Under the pieces are notes generated by a model, which saw only the letters and a list, made by a program, of their open reading frames with translations, ran no database searches and had not been told where the DNA came from. This document shows, in pieces, positions 1 through 10,436 of a stretch of DNA of 64,000 nucleotides. Every line of letters begins with the position of its first letter. Positions within the stretch are counted from its first letter, which is position 1. The translations under genes and the position numbers were made by a program. This DNA comes from Terriglobia bacterium (GTDB taxonomy: Bacteria; Acidobacteriota; Terriglobia; UBA7540; JAPUME01): NCBI GenBank assembly GCA_965237895.1, contig CBDEGR010000002.1:1950796-2014795 (forward strand), given 5' to 3'.

Positions 1-232
1 ACGGCGTCGTGCTCCGTTACTATCCGCATCTGTTCTTGCCGCGACGGGACCACTTCCCGCGCTGGGTGCGTTTGAAAAATATGTTCTTGAGCCTGTTAGA
101 CGCCGCCGTTCCTGGTGACTCCTTATATTGTCGCCGTGCGTCACAGCCGGATCGAGCGCGATCGCATCCAACGTTACTCGGACATGTTCCGTCGTGACCT
201 GATATCGCTAGCCTAGCGCTCCCCCGGCCGGA

Positions 233-1219
233 TCATCTCTTTTTCTTTAATTCCTGGCTTAATTCCCGGTTTTTCCCGGACCTTTCCGGGTTCAGCCAAT
301 AGTCGCCGCTGGCGATCAGCTCCACCGGGCCGGTCAGGTAGACTGGCTCATCTTCATCTTCGCCTTTGCCTGCGCGCCATTCCACTTCCATCGTTCCCGC
401 CAAGGTACGCACCCGGACCCGCCGCCCCGTGTGGCCGTTTAGAATGGAAGCCACCGTCGCGCTGCAAGACCCGGTGCCGGAAGAGAGCGTCACGCCCACG
501 CCCCGCTCCCAGTAGCGCACCTGAATCTCGCGTTTCGAGACGACTTTTATGAACTCGACGTTCGTTCCTCGCGGGAAATGCGGCTTCCGTTCGATCTCCT
601 CGCCCAGGCTCACCCAATCGATCTTGTCAAAACCTTCAACAAAGACCGAACAGTGTGGGTTCCCCATCGAAGTCACCGTCACCGGTAAAGTTCCCTTACT
701 TGTCGGGAGATGGAAACCACAAACCGGTGCGCGGGCGCGATCGGCCTGAAAAGGAATCTTGGCCGGATCGAGGACAGGCTTTCCCATATCGACGCGAAAG
801 ACCCAGCGCCGTTGTCCCACTTCAACCGGAATCAGTTCCTTCGTGCCGGCCAGGGTACGGATGAGCAGCGGTTGGCGGGACGGGCGGCGTGAGACGGCCA
901 GCAGGTAGGCGCCGACGCAGCGGATGCCGTTGCCGGAAATTTCCGCTTCACTGCCGTCGGCGTTGATGATGCGGACCATGGTGGGAACCGGCCCTTTTTT
1001 CAATTTATGAACCAGCAGGAGTCCGTCGGCGCCGAGGCCGAGCCGACGGTCGCAAATCCAGCGGGCGAGTTCCGCGACGCGCATCGGGGCCCGCTCGGCG
1101 GGGACGACAAGGAAATCGTTGCCCACGCCTTGAAACTTCCAAAAGGGCAATCGGCCGGAGCGCTTCAAAACAGAGTCCGCCTCCCAAAAAGGTGGGCATG
1201 TCGCGCATGTTACGCCCAT
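233..1219 (-). CDS. dapF: Diaminopimelate epimerase family protein (Ser/Ser active-site variant); true start probably ~1168
   Basis: FWKFQGVGNDF N-terminus, GADGLL, NADGSEAEISGNG, SMGNPH, TNVEF, ERGVGVTLSSGTG motifs. Confidence 0.9.
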   Translation of the reverse strand: MGVTCATCPPFWEADSVLKRSGRLPFWKFQGVGNDFLVVPAERAPMRVAELARWICDRRLGLGADGLLLVHKLKKGPVPTMVRIINADGSEAEISGNGIRCVGAYLLAVSRRPSRQPLLIRTLAGTKELIPVEVGQRRWVFRVDMGKPVLDPAKIPFQADRARAPVCGFHLPTSKGTLPVTVTSMGNPHCSVFVEGFDKIDWVSLGEEIERKPHFPRGTNVEFIKVVSKREIQVRYWERGVGVTLSSGTGSCSATVASILNGHTGRRVRVRTLAGTMEVEWRAGKGEDEDEPVYLTGPVELIASGDYWLNPERSGKNRELSQELKKKR

Positions 1220-1243
1220 ATAACGAAGGGACCGGAAGATATG

Positions 1244-2110
1244 TCAGGAGAGGTATTTGCCGATCAACAGCTTATATTTCTCCTTGGCTTCATCCGAGAT
1301 AAATTTCGGGTCCGTCATGATGGCATGCTGAAGGGCGACGGCACATCTGCAGGTACGCTTGCCCTGGACTACCTTAACGGCCTCGCGAAGAATCCGCTGG
1401 GCGTTTTCGGCGTTCTGGGTGAGGCAGGCAATGACCTGTTCCACCGTCACCGTGTCGGTTTCCGGATGCCAGCAGTCATAGTCGGTCACCATGGAGAGGC
1501 TGGCGTAGCAGATCTCGGCCTCGCGGGCCAGCTTGGCTTCCTGGAGGTTCGTCATGCCGATGATGTCCATCTTCCAGGAGCGGTAGACGTTCGACTCCGC
1601 CTTGGTGGAAAATGTCGGACCCTCCATGCACAAATAGGTGCCGCCGCGATGGGTTTGCACCTTAGCAGTCTGGCAGGCCTTGTAAAGCATATCCACCAGG
1701 TCGGAGCAGATGGGGTCGGCAAAGCTGACGTGGGCCACCAGACCGTCACCGAAAAACGTGGAGACGCGACCCTGCGTGCGGTCGAAAAACTGCAACGGCA
1801 GCACCATATCCCCCGGCCGAAACTTCGCCTGCAACGACCCGACGGCGCTGACCGAGAGAATCCTTTCCACTCCCAGCGTTTTGAAGGCGTAAATGTTGGC
1901 GCGAAAGTTGATCTCAGTGGGCAGGAGCCAATGCCCGCGGCCGTGGCGCGCCAGGAAGGCGAGTTTTCGGCCTTCCAGTTCACCCAGAAGGAAGAGGTCC
2001 GAAGGATGCCCGAAAGGGGTTTCGATCTCCACTTCTTTGGCGTTTTGGAGGCCCGGCATCTTGTACAGTCCGCTTCCTCCGATAATTCCGATTTCCGCTT
2101 GATAGCTCAT
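1244..2110 (-). CDS. mtnP: S-methyl-5'-thioadenosine phosphorylase
   Basis: IGIIGGSGLY, RHGRGH, EGPTFSTKAES, GMTNLQEAKLAREAE, VTDYDCW motifs. Confidence 0.93.
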   Translation of the reverse strand: MSYQAEIGIIGGSGLYKMPGLQNAKEVEIETPFGHPSDLFLLGELEGRKLAFLARHGRGHWLLPTEINFRANIYAFKTLGVERILSVSAVGSLQAKFRPGDMVLPLQFFDRTQGRVSTFFGDGLVAHVSFADPICSDLVDMLYKACQTAKVQTHRGGTYLCMEGPTFSTKAESNVYRSWKMDIIGMTNLQEAKLAREAEICYASLSMVTDYDCWHPETDTVTVEQVIACLTQNAENAQRILREAVKVVQGKRTCRCAVALQHAIMTDPKFISDEAKEKYKLLIGKYLS

Positions 2111-2141
2111 GGGGTCCTTCCTAATTTAATGCTTATTAAAA

Positions 2142-2987
2142 CTATATTTCCACCGGCACGACGGCGAACTTTCTACCCTCTCCACGGAGCCGTGCAACCG
2201 GAATTCTTACGTCGTGCGGAAAAATAACCAGGGTTCCCCGGCGCGCCAACTCCGGAAAGAGCCGCTCCTTATTTTCGAGCGTCTCCAACGGAAAGAGATC
2301 AAGCGCGGCAATCCAGGGATAGTGCACATGAGCGGCGGTCGGAAACAGGTCGCTGACGAAGAGCGCCTCCGCCCCCTCGGACGAGATCCACACGCCTTGC
2401 AGATGTCGCGTATGGCCGGGAAGAACCTCGACGCGAATCCCCTGGACAATCTCCTGATTGCCCTCCAGAAGAGACATCCGCCCACCCAGGTCTCCGGTCG
2501 CGTCCGTGAAGTAATCCTTCCGGTAGTTTCCCTTCTCCCTGAGCGAGTGCGAAAGTCCTCGTTCCCACTCGCCCTTTTGCACATAGTAACGAGCTTGCGG
2601 AAAGGTGGGGACCGTCGCGCCGCCTTCCCCCGACATCAGGTTCCACCCGCAATGGTCGAAATGGAGATGGGTGTTGATCACAATATCCACTTCCTCCCGG
2701 CTCACACCGACCCGCGCCAAGTCCTTCAGTAAATCGGTGGGTTTTTGCAGCCCGAAGATGTCGCGATCCTTTTCGCTCATGCGGTCCCCAATGCCGGTTT
2801 CGATCAAAACCGTATGCTTCCCGGTCCTCACCAACAGACTGGTTAAGGCCATGGAGATCCGATTCCGGTCATCGGGAGAAATTTTCTTCTCCCATAAGAC
2901 GCGGGGAACGACGCCGAACATCTGACCGCCGTCGAGAGCAAACTCCCCGTCGGAGAGAAGATCCACCTGAAACTTGCCGAGCTTCAC
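2142..2987 (-). CDS. Metallo-beta-lactamase fold hydrolase (YtnP-like)
   Basis: LDGGQMFGVVP, THLHFDHCG metal motif, PGHT, FPHD. Confidence 0.88.
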   Translation of the reverse strand: MKLGKFQVDLLSDGEFALDGGQMFGVVPRVLWEKKISPDDRNRISMALTSLLVRTGKHTVLIETGIGDRMSEKDRDIFGLQKPTDLLKDLARVGVSREEVDIVINTHLHFDHCGWNLMSGEGGATVPTFPQARYYVQKGEWERGLSHSLREKGNYRKDYFTDATGDLGGRMSLLEGNQEIVQGIRVEVLPGHTRHLQGVWISSEGAEALFVSDLFPTAAHVHYPWIAALDLFPLETLENKERLFPELARRGTLVIFPHDVRIPVARLRGEGRKFAVVPVEI

Positions 2988-3386
2988 CTAAGACTTCTCC
3001 ATCAGTTCGATCAATACGCCGGAAAAACTTTGCGGGTGGAGAAAAGCGATTCGTCCGCCGTCGGCCCCCTGCCGGGGTTTGGTGTCGATCAACTCGTACC
3101 CCTTCTGCTTCAAATCCTGCAGGGCCTTCTCCAGGTTGGGAACGGAAAAAGCAACGTGGTGCAGGCCGGGCCCCCACTTCTCCAGGAATTTTGTAATCGG
3201 CGAATCCGCTCCGGTCGCCTCCAGCAGTTCGATCCGGCTCTTCCCGGCCTCGAAAAACCGCACTCTGACCTTCTGATCTTCTATTGTCTCCTCGGCGCTT
3301 CCCTCGCCGAGTATCTGCTCAAATGCCGGGGCCGCCTCAGCCAGGGACCGAACCGCAATGGCGACATGTCGTAGTTTAGCCTTCAT
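2988..3386 (-). CDS. mce: Methylmalonyl-CoA epimerase
   Basis: HVAIAV, IELLE, GLHHVAF, FLHP..GVLIEL VOC motifs; adjacent to meaB. Confidence 0.9.
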   Translation of the reverse strand: MKAKLRHVAIAVRSLAEAAPAFEQILGEGSAEETIEDQKVRVRFFEAGKSRIELLEATGADSPITKFLEKWGPGLHHVAFSVPNLEKALQDLKQKGYELIDTKPRQGADGGRIAFLHPQSFSGVLIELMEKS

Positions 3387-3408
3387 GGCCTACGGCGCCG
3401 GGGGAATT

Positions 3409-4359
3409 TCAATTCCAACCCGCCTGCTCCAACATCTTTTCGATCACAGTGTAGGGGTCCTGACGGCGCGCGGCGATCTGTTCGGTGTATCGGTCCAGGT
3501 CCCCGTCACTCACACGGCGCGTCATCAGAATCTCCAGGCGGCTGCGAAGCAGTTCCTTCAACCTGGCGCGCCATCGCCGGCGGAGCCGCTCCCGCATCAG
3601 TTCCCCCTCTTGGCCGACCTTCAAAAAATCCCGAATCGATTCCATCAACCGGCTGATTCCTTCTCCGTGGGTCGCCGAAGTTAAGACCACCGTAGGCGTC
3701 CACGGCCCCGCCGCAGGAGAAATCTCAAGCAGCGCGGTGACTTCCCTCGCCACGCGGTCGGCTCCTGCAAGGTCTGCCTTGTTCACCACAAAAATGTCGG
3801 CGATCTCCATCACTCCCGCCTTGAACGACTGGAGGGAGTCTCCCATTCCCGGAACCAGCAGGACCAGTGTCACGTCCGCCAGTTCGGCGATCTCCACTTC
3901 GTCCTGCCCCACTCCGACGGTTTCAACCAGGATGATATCCTTGCCGGCGGCATCGAGCACGCTGACGGTGTCGAGCGTGGCCGAGGCCAGTCCGCCCATC
4001 CGGCCCCGGTTCGCCATGCTGCGGATATAGATTCCCTCGTCGGTACTGAGCGAGGACATCCGAATCCTGTCCCCCAGGATGGCCCCGCCGGTAAAGGGGC
4101 TGGTGGGATCGACGGCCACAATACCGAGATTTTTATCCTCCTGCCGGTAACGGCGGGCGAGTTGATCGACCAGCGTGCTCTTTCCAGTTCCCGGCGCTCC
4201 GGTAACGCCCACCGTCACGCCGCGGCCGGTCTGAGGAAAGAGCTCTTTCAGCAGAGGGATCCCGGCTTCTTCGCCGTTCTCAATGGCGGTGATGGCCCGC
4301 CCGATGGCCCGTAGGTCACCGGCAACAACTTTCGCCGCCCACTCCGGAATCGATTCCAT
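3409..4359 (-). CDS. meaB: Methylmalonyl-CoA mutase-associated GTPase MeaB/ArgK
   Basis: GVTGAPGTGKST, AVDPTSPFTGGAILGDRIRM, ETVGVGQDE, VNKAD. Confidence 0.94.
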   Translation of the reverse strand: MESIPEWAAKVVAGDLRAIGRAITAIENGEEAGIPLLKELFPQTGRGVTVGVTGAPGTGKSTLVDQLARRYRQEDKNLGIVAVDPTSPFTGGAILGDRIRMSSLSTDEGIYIRSMANRGRMGGLASATLDTVSVLDAAGKDIILVETVGVGQDEVEIAELADVTLVLLVPGMGDSLQSFKAGVMEIADIFVVNKADLAGADRVAREVTALLEISPAAGPWTPTVVLTSATHGEGISRLMESIRDFLKVGQEGELMRERLRRRWRARLKELLRSRLEILMTRRVSDGDLDRYTEQIAARRQDPYTVIEKMLEQAGWN

Positions 4360-4546
4360 TCCACCCTTGGTATTTTCAGTATTAACAAGATTCTGAGGCT
4401 ACCCCAGCGGTCCGGCCGCCGTCAAGCAGAGAGGGGAGCGTCCCCGGCTCCAGGTTCCAAACAGCTTGCAGGACAAAAGGTTACCGCCTCGTGGTAGAAT
4501 TACCGCGGTACGGAACGGCACGAAAAGCGAAGGGTACGGAACCAGA

Positions 4547-5314
4547 ATGCTACGAAAAACAATGCCCGCAGTCGGCACTTACGGAAAAATGCTGGGATTG
4601 TTTCTGATCGCCTTGGGCGCCGTCTCTGGGGCACAAGGCGAAGAGGATCGACCCCCACGGGGAGCGACCCTCGCCGTCAGCACCGACATTGCGGATTGCG
4701 AAGTAAGCCTTGATGGGGAACCGTTCGGCCCCACGAACGCGAAAGGTGATTTCACGCTGGAGGCGATCGAGCCGGGAGAACACTACGTGCAGGTTACCTG
4801 CCCCGGTCAAAAACTGGGTTCCCATTTTATTTCATTGAGGTCGTCGCAAATTTTCGTCCTGTATGTTTCCGCGCGAAAAACCTCAAGCCCCGCCGTCGGT
4901 TCTCCCGAATCGCTGGGGGCCGCCTTCGAGGCCCGGAGCCGGCTCCGCCGTCACGTGAACCAAGCCCTCGATTTTCGGAAAGAGAATAAGTTTACCGAGG
5001 TGGTTCGCGAACTTCGCCACGCGGCTCCTCTCGACCCGGGCAACTCGGACATTCATCGGGAATTGGGCATCACCTTCCTTTTGATGAAGAGCTGGAAGCG
5101 AGCCGCCAATGAGCTGCGCGAAACGCTCCGGCTGGATCCCAATTCGGCCGAAGCTCACAATGATTACGGCTATGCTCTGGAGAAGATCGGATATCTGGAC
5201 GAGGCCCTCGACGCCTACCGCGAGGCGGTCAACCTGGCCCCCGAAGAGGATACCTATCTCCAGCGTTACGCCAACCTGCTGGCAAAAGTCTACGCGCAAA
5301 ATTCCCGCAAGTAA
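4547..5314 (+). CDS. Exported PEGA-like + TPR-repeat protein
   Basis: Hydrophobic signal peptide, beta-rich PEGA-like segment, C-terminal TPR repeats (LDPNSAEAHNDYGYAL). Confidence 0.75.
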   Translation: MLRKTMPAVGTYGKMLGLFLIALGAVSGAQGEEDRPPRGATLAVSTDIADCEVSLDGEPFGPTNAKGDFTLEAIEPGEHYVQVTCPGQKLGSHFISLRSSQIFVLYVSARKTSSPAVGSPESLGAAFEARSRLRRHVNQALDFRKENKFTEVVRELRHAAPLDPGNSDIHRELGITFLLMKSWKRAANELRETLRLDPNSAEAHNDYGYALEKIGYLDEALDAYREAVNLAPEEDTYLQRYANLLAKVYAQNSRK

Positions 5315-5424
5315 CTTCTCTTACTAAACGCCTTCGAAACGCTTCCTTTTGAAATTTTGAGAGCCCGCGCTCGACGTCGCCCGTAGTCAAACGATGTCGA
5401 ACGCTCTCAAATAAAAGCCGTTCG

Positions 5425-6543
5425 CTATCGGGCCAAGGCGGCTCTGTTTTCCGTCAGAATCTCTTCCAGAACTTTGAGGGCAAGCTCGCACCCGGCGCGA
5501 TCGACGTCGTAGTGGGTCACCATACGCATCGCGGTGGGGTTGAGGCCGTTCGCCAAGACTCCCTGCTGGGCCAGACGACGAGAAATTTCAAACGAGTCGA
5601 ACTCTGCCCTCGCCCCTGCTCCCGATCTTGATTCGGAGGAGGTCTGCTCGACATGCGCATCCAAACCGAAAATCAAGATATTCGTCTTCACCTTTTCCGG
5701 GTCCAACTGAATGCCCGGAAGCCCGGCCAACCCCTCTGCCAGGAACTTCGCATTTTCGTGATCCCGGTGCAGATGCCGAGGAGATTCCTCCAGGGCCACC
5801 AACCCTGCCGCGGCCAACACGCCGGCCTGCCGCATCCCGCCGCCCAATATCTTACGAAACCGGCGGGCCTCTTCGATAAAATCCTTGCCGCCCACCACGA
5901 GCGATCCTACTGGCGCCCCCAACCCTTTCGACAAACAGAACATGACGGAATCGAACCCCTGCGTCATCTCCTCGACGCTTCGCCCGAGCGCCGTCGCCGC
6001 ATTAAAAATCCGAGCGCCGTCCAGGTGAACGGGGATCTTCCTGGCGTGCGCCTCGCGGCAGACCTCTTCGAAAACCGAGGGGTCCGTAACGGTTCCTCCG
6101 CCAAGGGCACGAAGATTGATGTTGAGAGTATTTTCGAGGGAGATCAATCCCGTCCCGGCACGGTTTGCGCTTGCCTGGCGAAGGACCGGAGCGATCCGGT
6201 CCCAGGAAAGGCCGCTCTCCCCGCCCCTTACCGTCCGGGCCAAGCAGCCGGAGATGGCCGCCATGGCCGCCATCTCATAATTGAAGATATGGCACTGTTC
6301 CTCACACACCACTTCCTGGCCGTGGTGGGTGTGGACTTTGACGGCCACCTGATTGCCCATCGACCCGGTGGGAACGAACAAGGCCGCTTGCCGATGGAAA
6401 ATCTCCGCCACGCGGGCCTCCAGGCGATTCACCGTGGGGTCCTCGCGGTAGACGTCGTCCCCGACTTCGGCTTCCGCCATCGCGCGCCGCATGGCGGGCG
6501 ATGGCCGCGTCACAGTGTCACTACGCAGATCGACGAGACCCAT
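5425..6543 (-). CDS. ltaE: Low-specificity L-threonine aldolase
   Basis: DLRSDTVTRP, GDDVYREDPT, HLDGARIFNA, CLSKGLGAPVG PLP-lysine motif. Confidence 0.93.
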   Translation of the reverse strand: MGLVDLRSDTVTRPSPAMRRAMAEAEVGDDVYREDPTVNRLEARVAEIFHRQAALFVPTGSMGNQVAVKVHTHHGQEVVCEEQCHIFNYEMAAMAAISGCLARTVRGGESGLSWDRIAPVLRQASANRAGTGLISLENTLNINLRALGGGTVTDPSVFEEVCREAHARKIPVHLDGARIFNAATALGRSVEEMTQGFDSVMFCLSKGLGAPVGSLVVGGKDFIEEARRFRKILGGGMRQAGVLAAAGLVALEESPRHLHRDHENAKFLAEGLAGLPGIQLDPEKVKTNILIFGLDAHVEQTSSESRSGAGARAEFDSFEISRRLAQQGVLANGLNPTAMRMVTHYDVDRAGCELALKVLEEILTENRAALAR

Positions 6544-6615
6544 ATCGCACTTCCTTCCGAGAAAAGAGATGAAAACTATTCCAGCAGGAAAGAACGCCGC
6601 CGGCGAATCCGAGGC

Positions 6616-7812
6616 TTAACCCAGAAACTCCTGAAACACTTCGTTGGAAATCAACAAGGCCCGGTCGGTGAGCCGAACCCGATCGCCTTCCCGGCGAAGC
6701 AAGCCCCACCCAGCCAGCCTCTCAAGCGGCTCGGAGAAGCGGCGAGCGGGATCGAGATCCGCCCCCAGCCGATTACGAAGATCACGAAGAGAAACTCCTT
6801 GAAGCTGCCGCAATCCTAAAAAGAGATACTCTTCCTCTGCCTCGCAGGGTGGAACTTTGCGGCGGGCCGTTTGCGGAGACTCGCCTTGCAGAATTTTTTC
6901 AATGTACGTCCGGACATCACCCTCGTTCTCCCACCGCACGATGCCGTCAAACGAATGCGAACCGGCGCCGAACCCTAGGTAGGGCTCCCGCCGCCAGTAC
7001 TTCAGATTATGACGGGAACGGAAGCCGGGCAGGGCGAAATTTGAAATCTCGTAGTGTTCGTACCCGGCCTGTTCCAGGCGGCGTTTGCCTTCGAAATAGG
7101 ATTCGACGAAGAATTCCTCTTCGGGCATCTGCGCGGCCCGGTAACGGGCGCCGCCCGAAAGCACCTCGCGGCCCAGACGGCTCTTCTCATCCACCTCGAA
7201 CAGATAGAGAGAGACGTGCTCGGGGCGAAGCTCCAGCGTTTGATCCAGCGAGCGCCCCCAAGAGTCCCGAGACTGGCCGGGAAGGCCGCCAATCAAATCG
7301 AGACTTACGTTGCGAATCCCGGCCGCGCGGGCCCGGCGCACCATGCGGCAGGTCTCCTCCGCATCATGGAGCCTGCCGACGCTTCGCAGCTCGTTTGAAT
7401 CCATCGTCTGCGCTCCGATGCTGAGACGATTCACGCCCCCTTGGATGTACCGGGTCCAGTCCCGGTCTTCCACTGACCCCGGCGTGGCTTCCATTGTTAT
7501 CTCCGGCGTTACCTCCGACGTTACCTCGCTGTCCGCTTGCAGCCGAAACGTCTTCCCGAGTGAGTCAAATAGGCGTCCCATCCGTTGCGCCCCCAACAGC
7601 GTCGGCGTCCCGCCCCCCAAATAGACGCTGTCAATCGCGCGCTCCGCAAGCGAGTGATCCGGCAAAAACCCGCAGATGGATTCGATTTCCCGCGAGAGCG
7701 CTTCCGTGTAGGGCTCCCACAGCGCGGAAGAAAACACCCCGGAGCTGAAGTTGCAAAAACTGCACTTCGACCGGCAGAAGGGAACTTGCAGGTATAGCCC
7801 GAGCGTGCTCAT
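6616..7812 (-). CDS. hemW: Radical SAM heme chaperone HemW (HemN-like)
   Basis: PFCRSKCSFCNF CxxxCxxC, GGGTPT, YEISNF, HNLKYW. Confidence 0.88.
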   Translation of the reverse strand: MSTLGLYLQVPFCRSKCSFCNFSSGVFSSALWEPYTEALSREIESICGFLPDHSLAERAIDSVYLGGGTPTLLGAQRMGRLFDSLGKTFRLQADSEVTSEVTPEITMEATPGSVEDRDWTRYIQGGVNRLSIGAQTMDSNELRSVGRLHDAEETCRMVRRARAAGIRNVSLDLIGGLPGQSRDSWGRSLDQTLELRPEHVSLYLFEVDEKSRLGREVLSGGARYRAAQMPEEEFFVESYFEGKRRLEQAGYEHYEISNFALPGFRSRHNLKYWRREPYLGFGAGSHSFDGIVRWENEGDVRTYIEKILQGESPQTARRKVPPCEAEEEYLFLGLRQLQGVSLRDLRNRLGADLDPARRFSEPLERLAGWGLLRREGDRVRLTDRALLISNEVFQEFLG

Positions 7813-7901
7813 GGGAGAATTATACCGTGATCAGAGGGTGAAGGAACAACGAGCGCCGGGCAAACGGCTTGCCGGCCCGATGATTCCATCCCCGAATCCG
7901 A

Positions 7902-8345
7902 TCAATCCGAAACGATCTTGATTTTCAAAGTGCGGCGGCGCGGTCCGTCGAATTCGCAGAAGAAGATGCCCTGCCAGCGGCCCAGAACTGGGCGCCCGTC
8001 TTCGATGAGGACCGCTTTCGAATTGCCGACCACGGCGGCCTTCAAATGGGAGTCGCAATTCCCGTCGTTATGATGGTAGGAGGTCTTCCGTGGAGCCAGT
8101 TTCATCAAGAAAATATCGAGGTCCCTTTCGAGCGACGGATCGTCGTTTTCGTTGATTAGGATCGCCGCCGTCGTATGCGGGATGAAGAGATGGCAAACGC
8201 CGCTCCGAACGGAAGACTCGTCGATCAGTTTTTCCACCAAGCGCGTGATGTCTTGGAATTCCACGCGGGAACTTGTCTCCAGCGTTACCGTGTGGAGATG
8301 CCCTCCGCGTTCCAGACCGGTGCTCTTTTCCGACTGATGTGCCAT
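7902..8345 (-). CDS. yjbQ: YjbQ/UPF0047 family protein
   Basis: PHTTAAILINEN, GNCDSHLK, LGRWQGIFFCEFDGPR. Confidence 0.9.
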   Translation of the reverse strand: MAHQSEKSTGLERGGHLHTVTLETSSRVEFQDITRLVEKLIDESSVRSGVCHLFIPHTTAAILINENDDPSLERDLDIFLMKLAPRKTSYHHNDGNCDSHLKAAVVGNSKAVLIEDGRPVLGRWQGIFFCEFDGPRRRTLKIKIVSD

Positions 8346-8512
8346 CGGGTGCCTCCTCGCCCTTTCGCTTACGGCTTTCTATACGACGGGATCACAGACC
8401 GTAGTATTCGCGGGCAGAATATGGATATATCTCTATAACAAAATCGTCCCGTGCGAAAGAAGCTTTCTAGGAAATAAGAATTTTTCCCTCCAAGCAGAGG
8501 GAATCTTTCGCG

Positions 8513-10141
8513 TCAGATTTCAATCACCTGATGCTCCGAAGATTGAACCTGGACTTGCCGGTAGAGGTTTTCAAGTAAATCATAATCGGCACGCCCCAGG
8601 AAGTACGCGCCGCTGATGACCCGCTCCTGCAGGTTCTTTCGAGGAAAAAGGAACTGCCGGAGGCGTTGGGCGGCATTCGCCAATTTCTCCGAACGCTGGA
8701 GCGTCGAACGCGATAACTTACCCTGAAAACGGTCCAACTGATAGACCATCTTTTCTTGCACGGTGGCGAGGGCGCCAACCAGCGTGGGATCGATTCTCTC
8801 GACATCGCCCCGGAGTTCCTCGAGGACATCCCTCACCGCCTGCTTCTTCTCTTCAAACCGGTCGTTCCACCCCGGCTCGACCCCGGACGCCGCAAGCCGC
8901 GCCCCGAGGTGTTCTTCTCCTTTCCAAACGTCTTCGATCTGTAAACCGTACTTTTCCATCAACCGCGAGGACCGCCGGTCCACCAGCGTGAACGCCGCCC
9001 GGGGAAAGATCACCGGCTGCGTGCGCTCAAAATCTTCATAAAGAACCTGCGCCTGACCCAGATACGCGAGTTCGGAGGGGCCCGCAACATAGGCCACGGT
9101 GGGCAGCAGCCAGTCCTGCACCAGCGGCCGGAGGAGTACATTGGGGGAAAAGTCCTGCGGGGCGGCTGTGATCTGCCCTCGGAGATCGTCAGGCCGGACG
9201 GAGCGATCCCCGTCAAGAAAAAATGTGTTGTCCGGCTTGTGGCGGACCGGCAGACGGTTCCCGTCCACGTGAGCGAACAATAAGGTCGAATCATCCTGAA
9301 CGTGCACCTGAGCATGGTAGCCCCGGCGGACCAGAAGGGCCGACCGCTGCTGCAACTGGGCGCGAAGCCGGGCCGGATTCTCCGAGGCACGCTGATAGAC
9401 TTCCCCGGCCAACTCCTGTAGGGCCGGATCAAGCGGGTCCACCAGAACCACACCCCACCGGGCAAAGAGGCGGGAAAGGAAGCGACAGAAAGCCTTCCCC
9501 CAGCCCGTCCCCGGACGGTAGCACTCCTCAAGGTCCCGAACCAGAGCGTCAAGCCCGGGTCCGGCAGGCATTCGCTCGCGAAGCTGCTCCAGAGCGCCCG
9601 TCACGTCCTGGGAGACTTTTATCCGCCCGACCGAGCTCTGCGGGGCCGGCCGCTCCCCGCCAAGGCGCAGGACAACCTCTTGGTAGCTTTCATCAAGGAC
9701 GGTACATGAGGCGACTTCCTCAAAATCATGGTCTTCGGTCGCCGCCCAAAAGATCGGAATTGAGGGAACGCCGTTTTCATTGAGATGCCCCGCCAGCCGA
9801 ACCGTGGTGAGAGCCTTGTAGAGAGCAAAGGCGGGACCGGAAAAAAGGCCTATCTGCTGCCCGGTCACCACTGCACACGTATTCGGCTCGGCAAGCCGTT
9901 TTAAGTGGGCCAGGACCGCCTCGCCACAACCGAACTCACGGTTCTGCGCCTCCAGGACCTCGACCAAGCGGCGGCGGTAAGTCTCCGGAAAATGGAGCCG
10001 CCCGGCAACATCCCGATACGATTGCGCCTGGAAAGGGGCATGCGAGTAAAACGAAGACACGCGGCGAAAGTCGTGGACGTAATCGAGAAAGAGACGACCC
10101 GCTCGCGGAACCTTGGCATGGGAGATCGTAGGGTGTTCCAT
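8513..10141 (-). CDS. bshC: Bacillithiol biosynthesis cysteine-adding enzyme BshC
   Basis: VVTGQQIGLFSGP, EDHDFEEV, SPNVLLRPLVQD, YVAGPSELAY, LQER motifs. Confidence 0.9.
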   Translation of the reverse strand: MEHPTISHAKVPRAGRLFLDYVHDFRRVSSFYSHAPFQAQSYRDVAGRLHFPETYRRRLVEVLEAQNREFGCGEAVLAHLKRLAEPNTCAVVTGQQIGLFSGPAFALYKALTTVRLAGHLNENGVPSIPIFWAATEDHDFEEVASCTVLDESYQEVVLRLGGERPAPQSSVGRIKVSQDVTGALEQLRERMPAGPGLDALVRDLEECYRPGTGWGKAFCRFLSRLFARWGVVLVDPLDPALQELAGEVYQRASENPARLRAQLQQRSALLVRRGYHAQVHVQDDSTLLFAHVDGNRLPVRHKPDNTFFLDGDRSVRPDDLRGQITAAPQDFSPNVLLRPLVQDWLLPTVAYVAGPSELAYLGQAQVLYEDFERTQPVIFPRAAFTLVDRRSSRLMEKYGLQIEDVWKGEEHLGARLAASGVEPGWNDRFEEKKQAVRDVLEELRGDVERIDPTLVGALATVQEKMVYQLDRFQGKLSRSTLQRSEKLANAAQRLRQFLFPRKNLQERVISGAYFLGRADYDLLENLYRQVQVQSSEHQVIEI

Positions 10142-10436
10142 GGAAACTCCATTATCCCAAGGAATGCAACTTTTCATCAAGGGAAGAAAATGCCGAAGAC
10201 GGCTTTATCCGAACGAACTGCCGCTTCCGATCCCCTACAACGCTCATCTTTGCGGGCCGGTGAGTTGCTGTGCTAGCATGCTCCTAAACGAGGTCCTGTG
10301 AAAGGACCGGACTGCTGCCCCAGACCGCACCGCTCTCCAGGAGCCGGACCTGGGAAAAATGTCCGCCAGACCGAAAGACGGAAACCAAAATAAAGGGCAG
10401 CGAACAGCCGCCGAGAAACGTAAAGAGAACGTTTAG

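Noticed and set aside
9-197. 62-aa ORF at the window start
   Set aside because: It has no recognisable motif and the context is cut off by the window edge.
7495-7530. Short in-frame tandem repeats or insertions in hemW (also in the CYTH gene, mazG and ltaE)
   Set aside because: They share no sequence with each other and are consistent with ordinary loop slippage.
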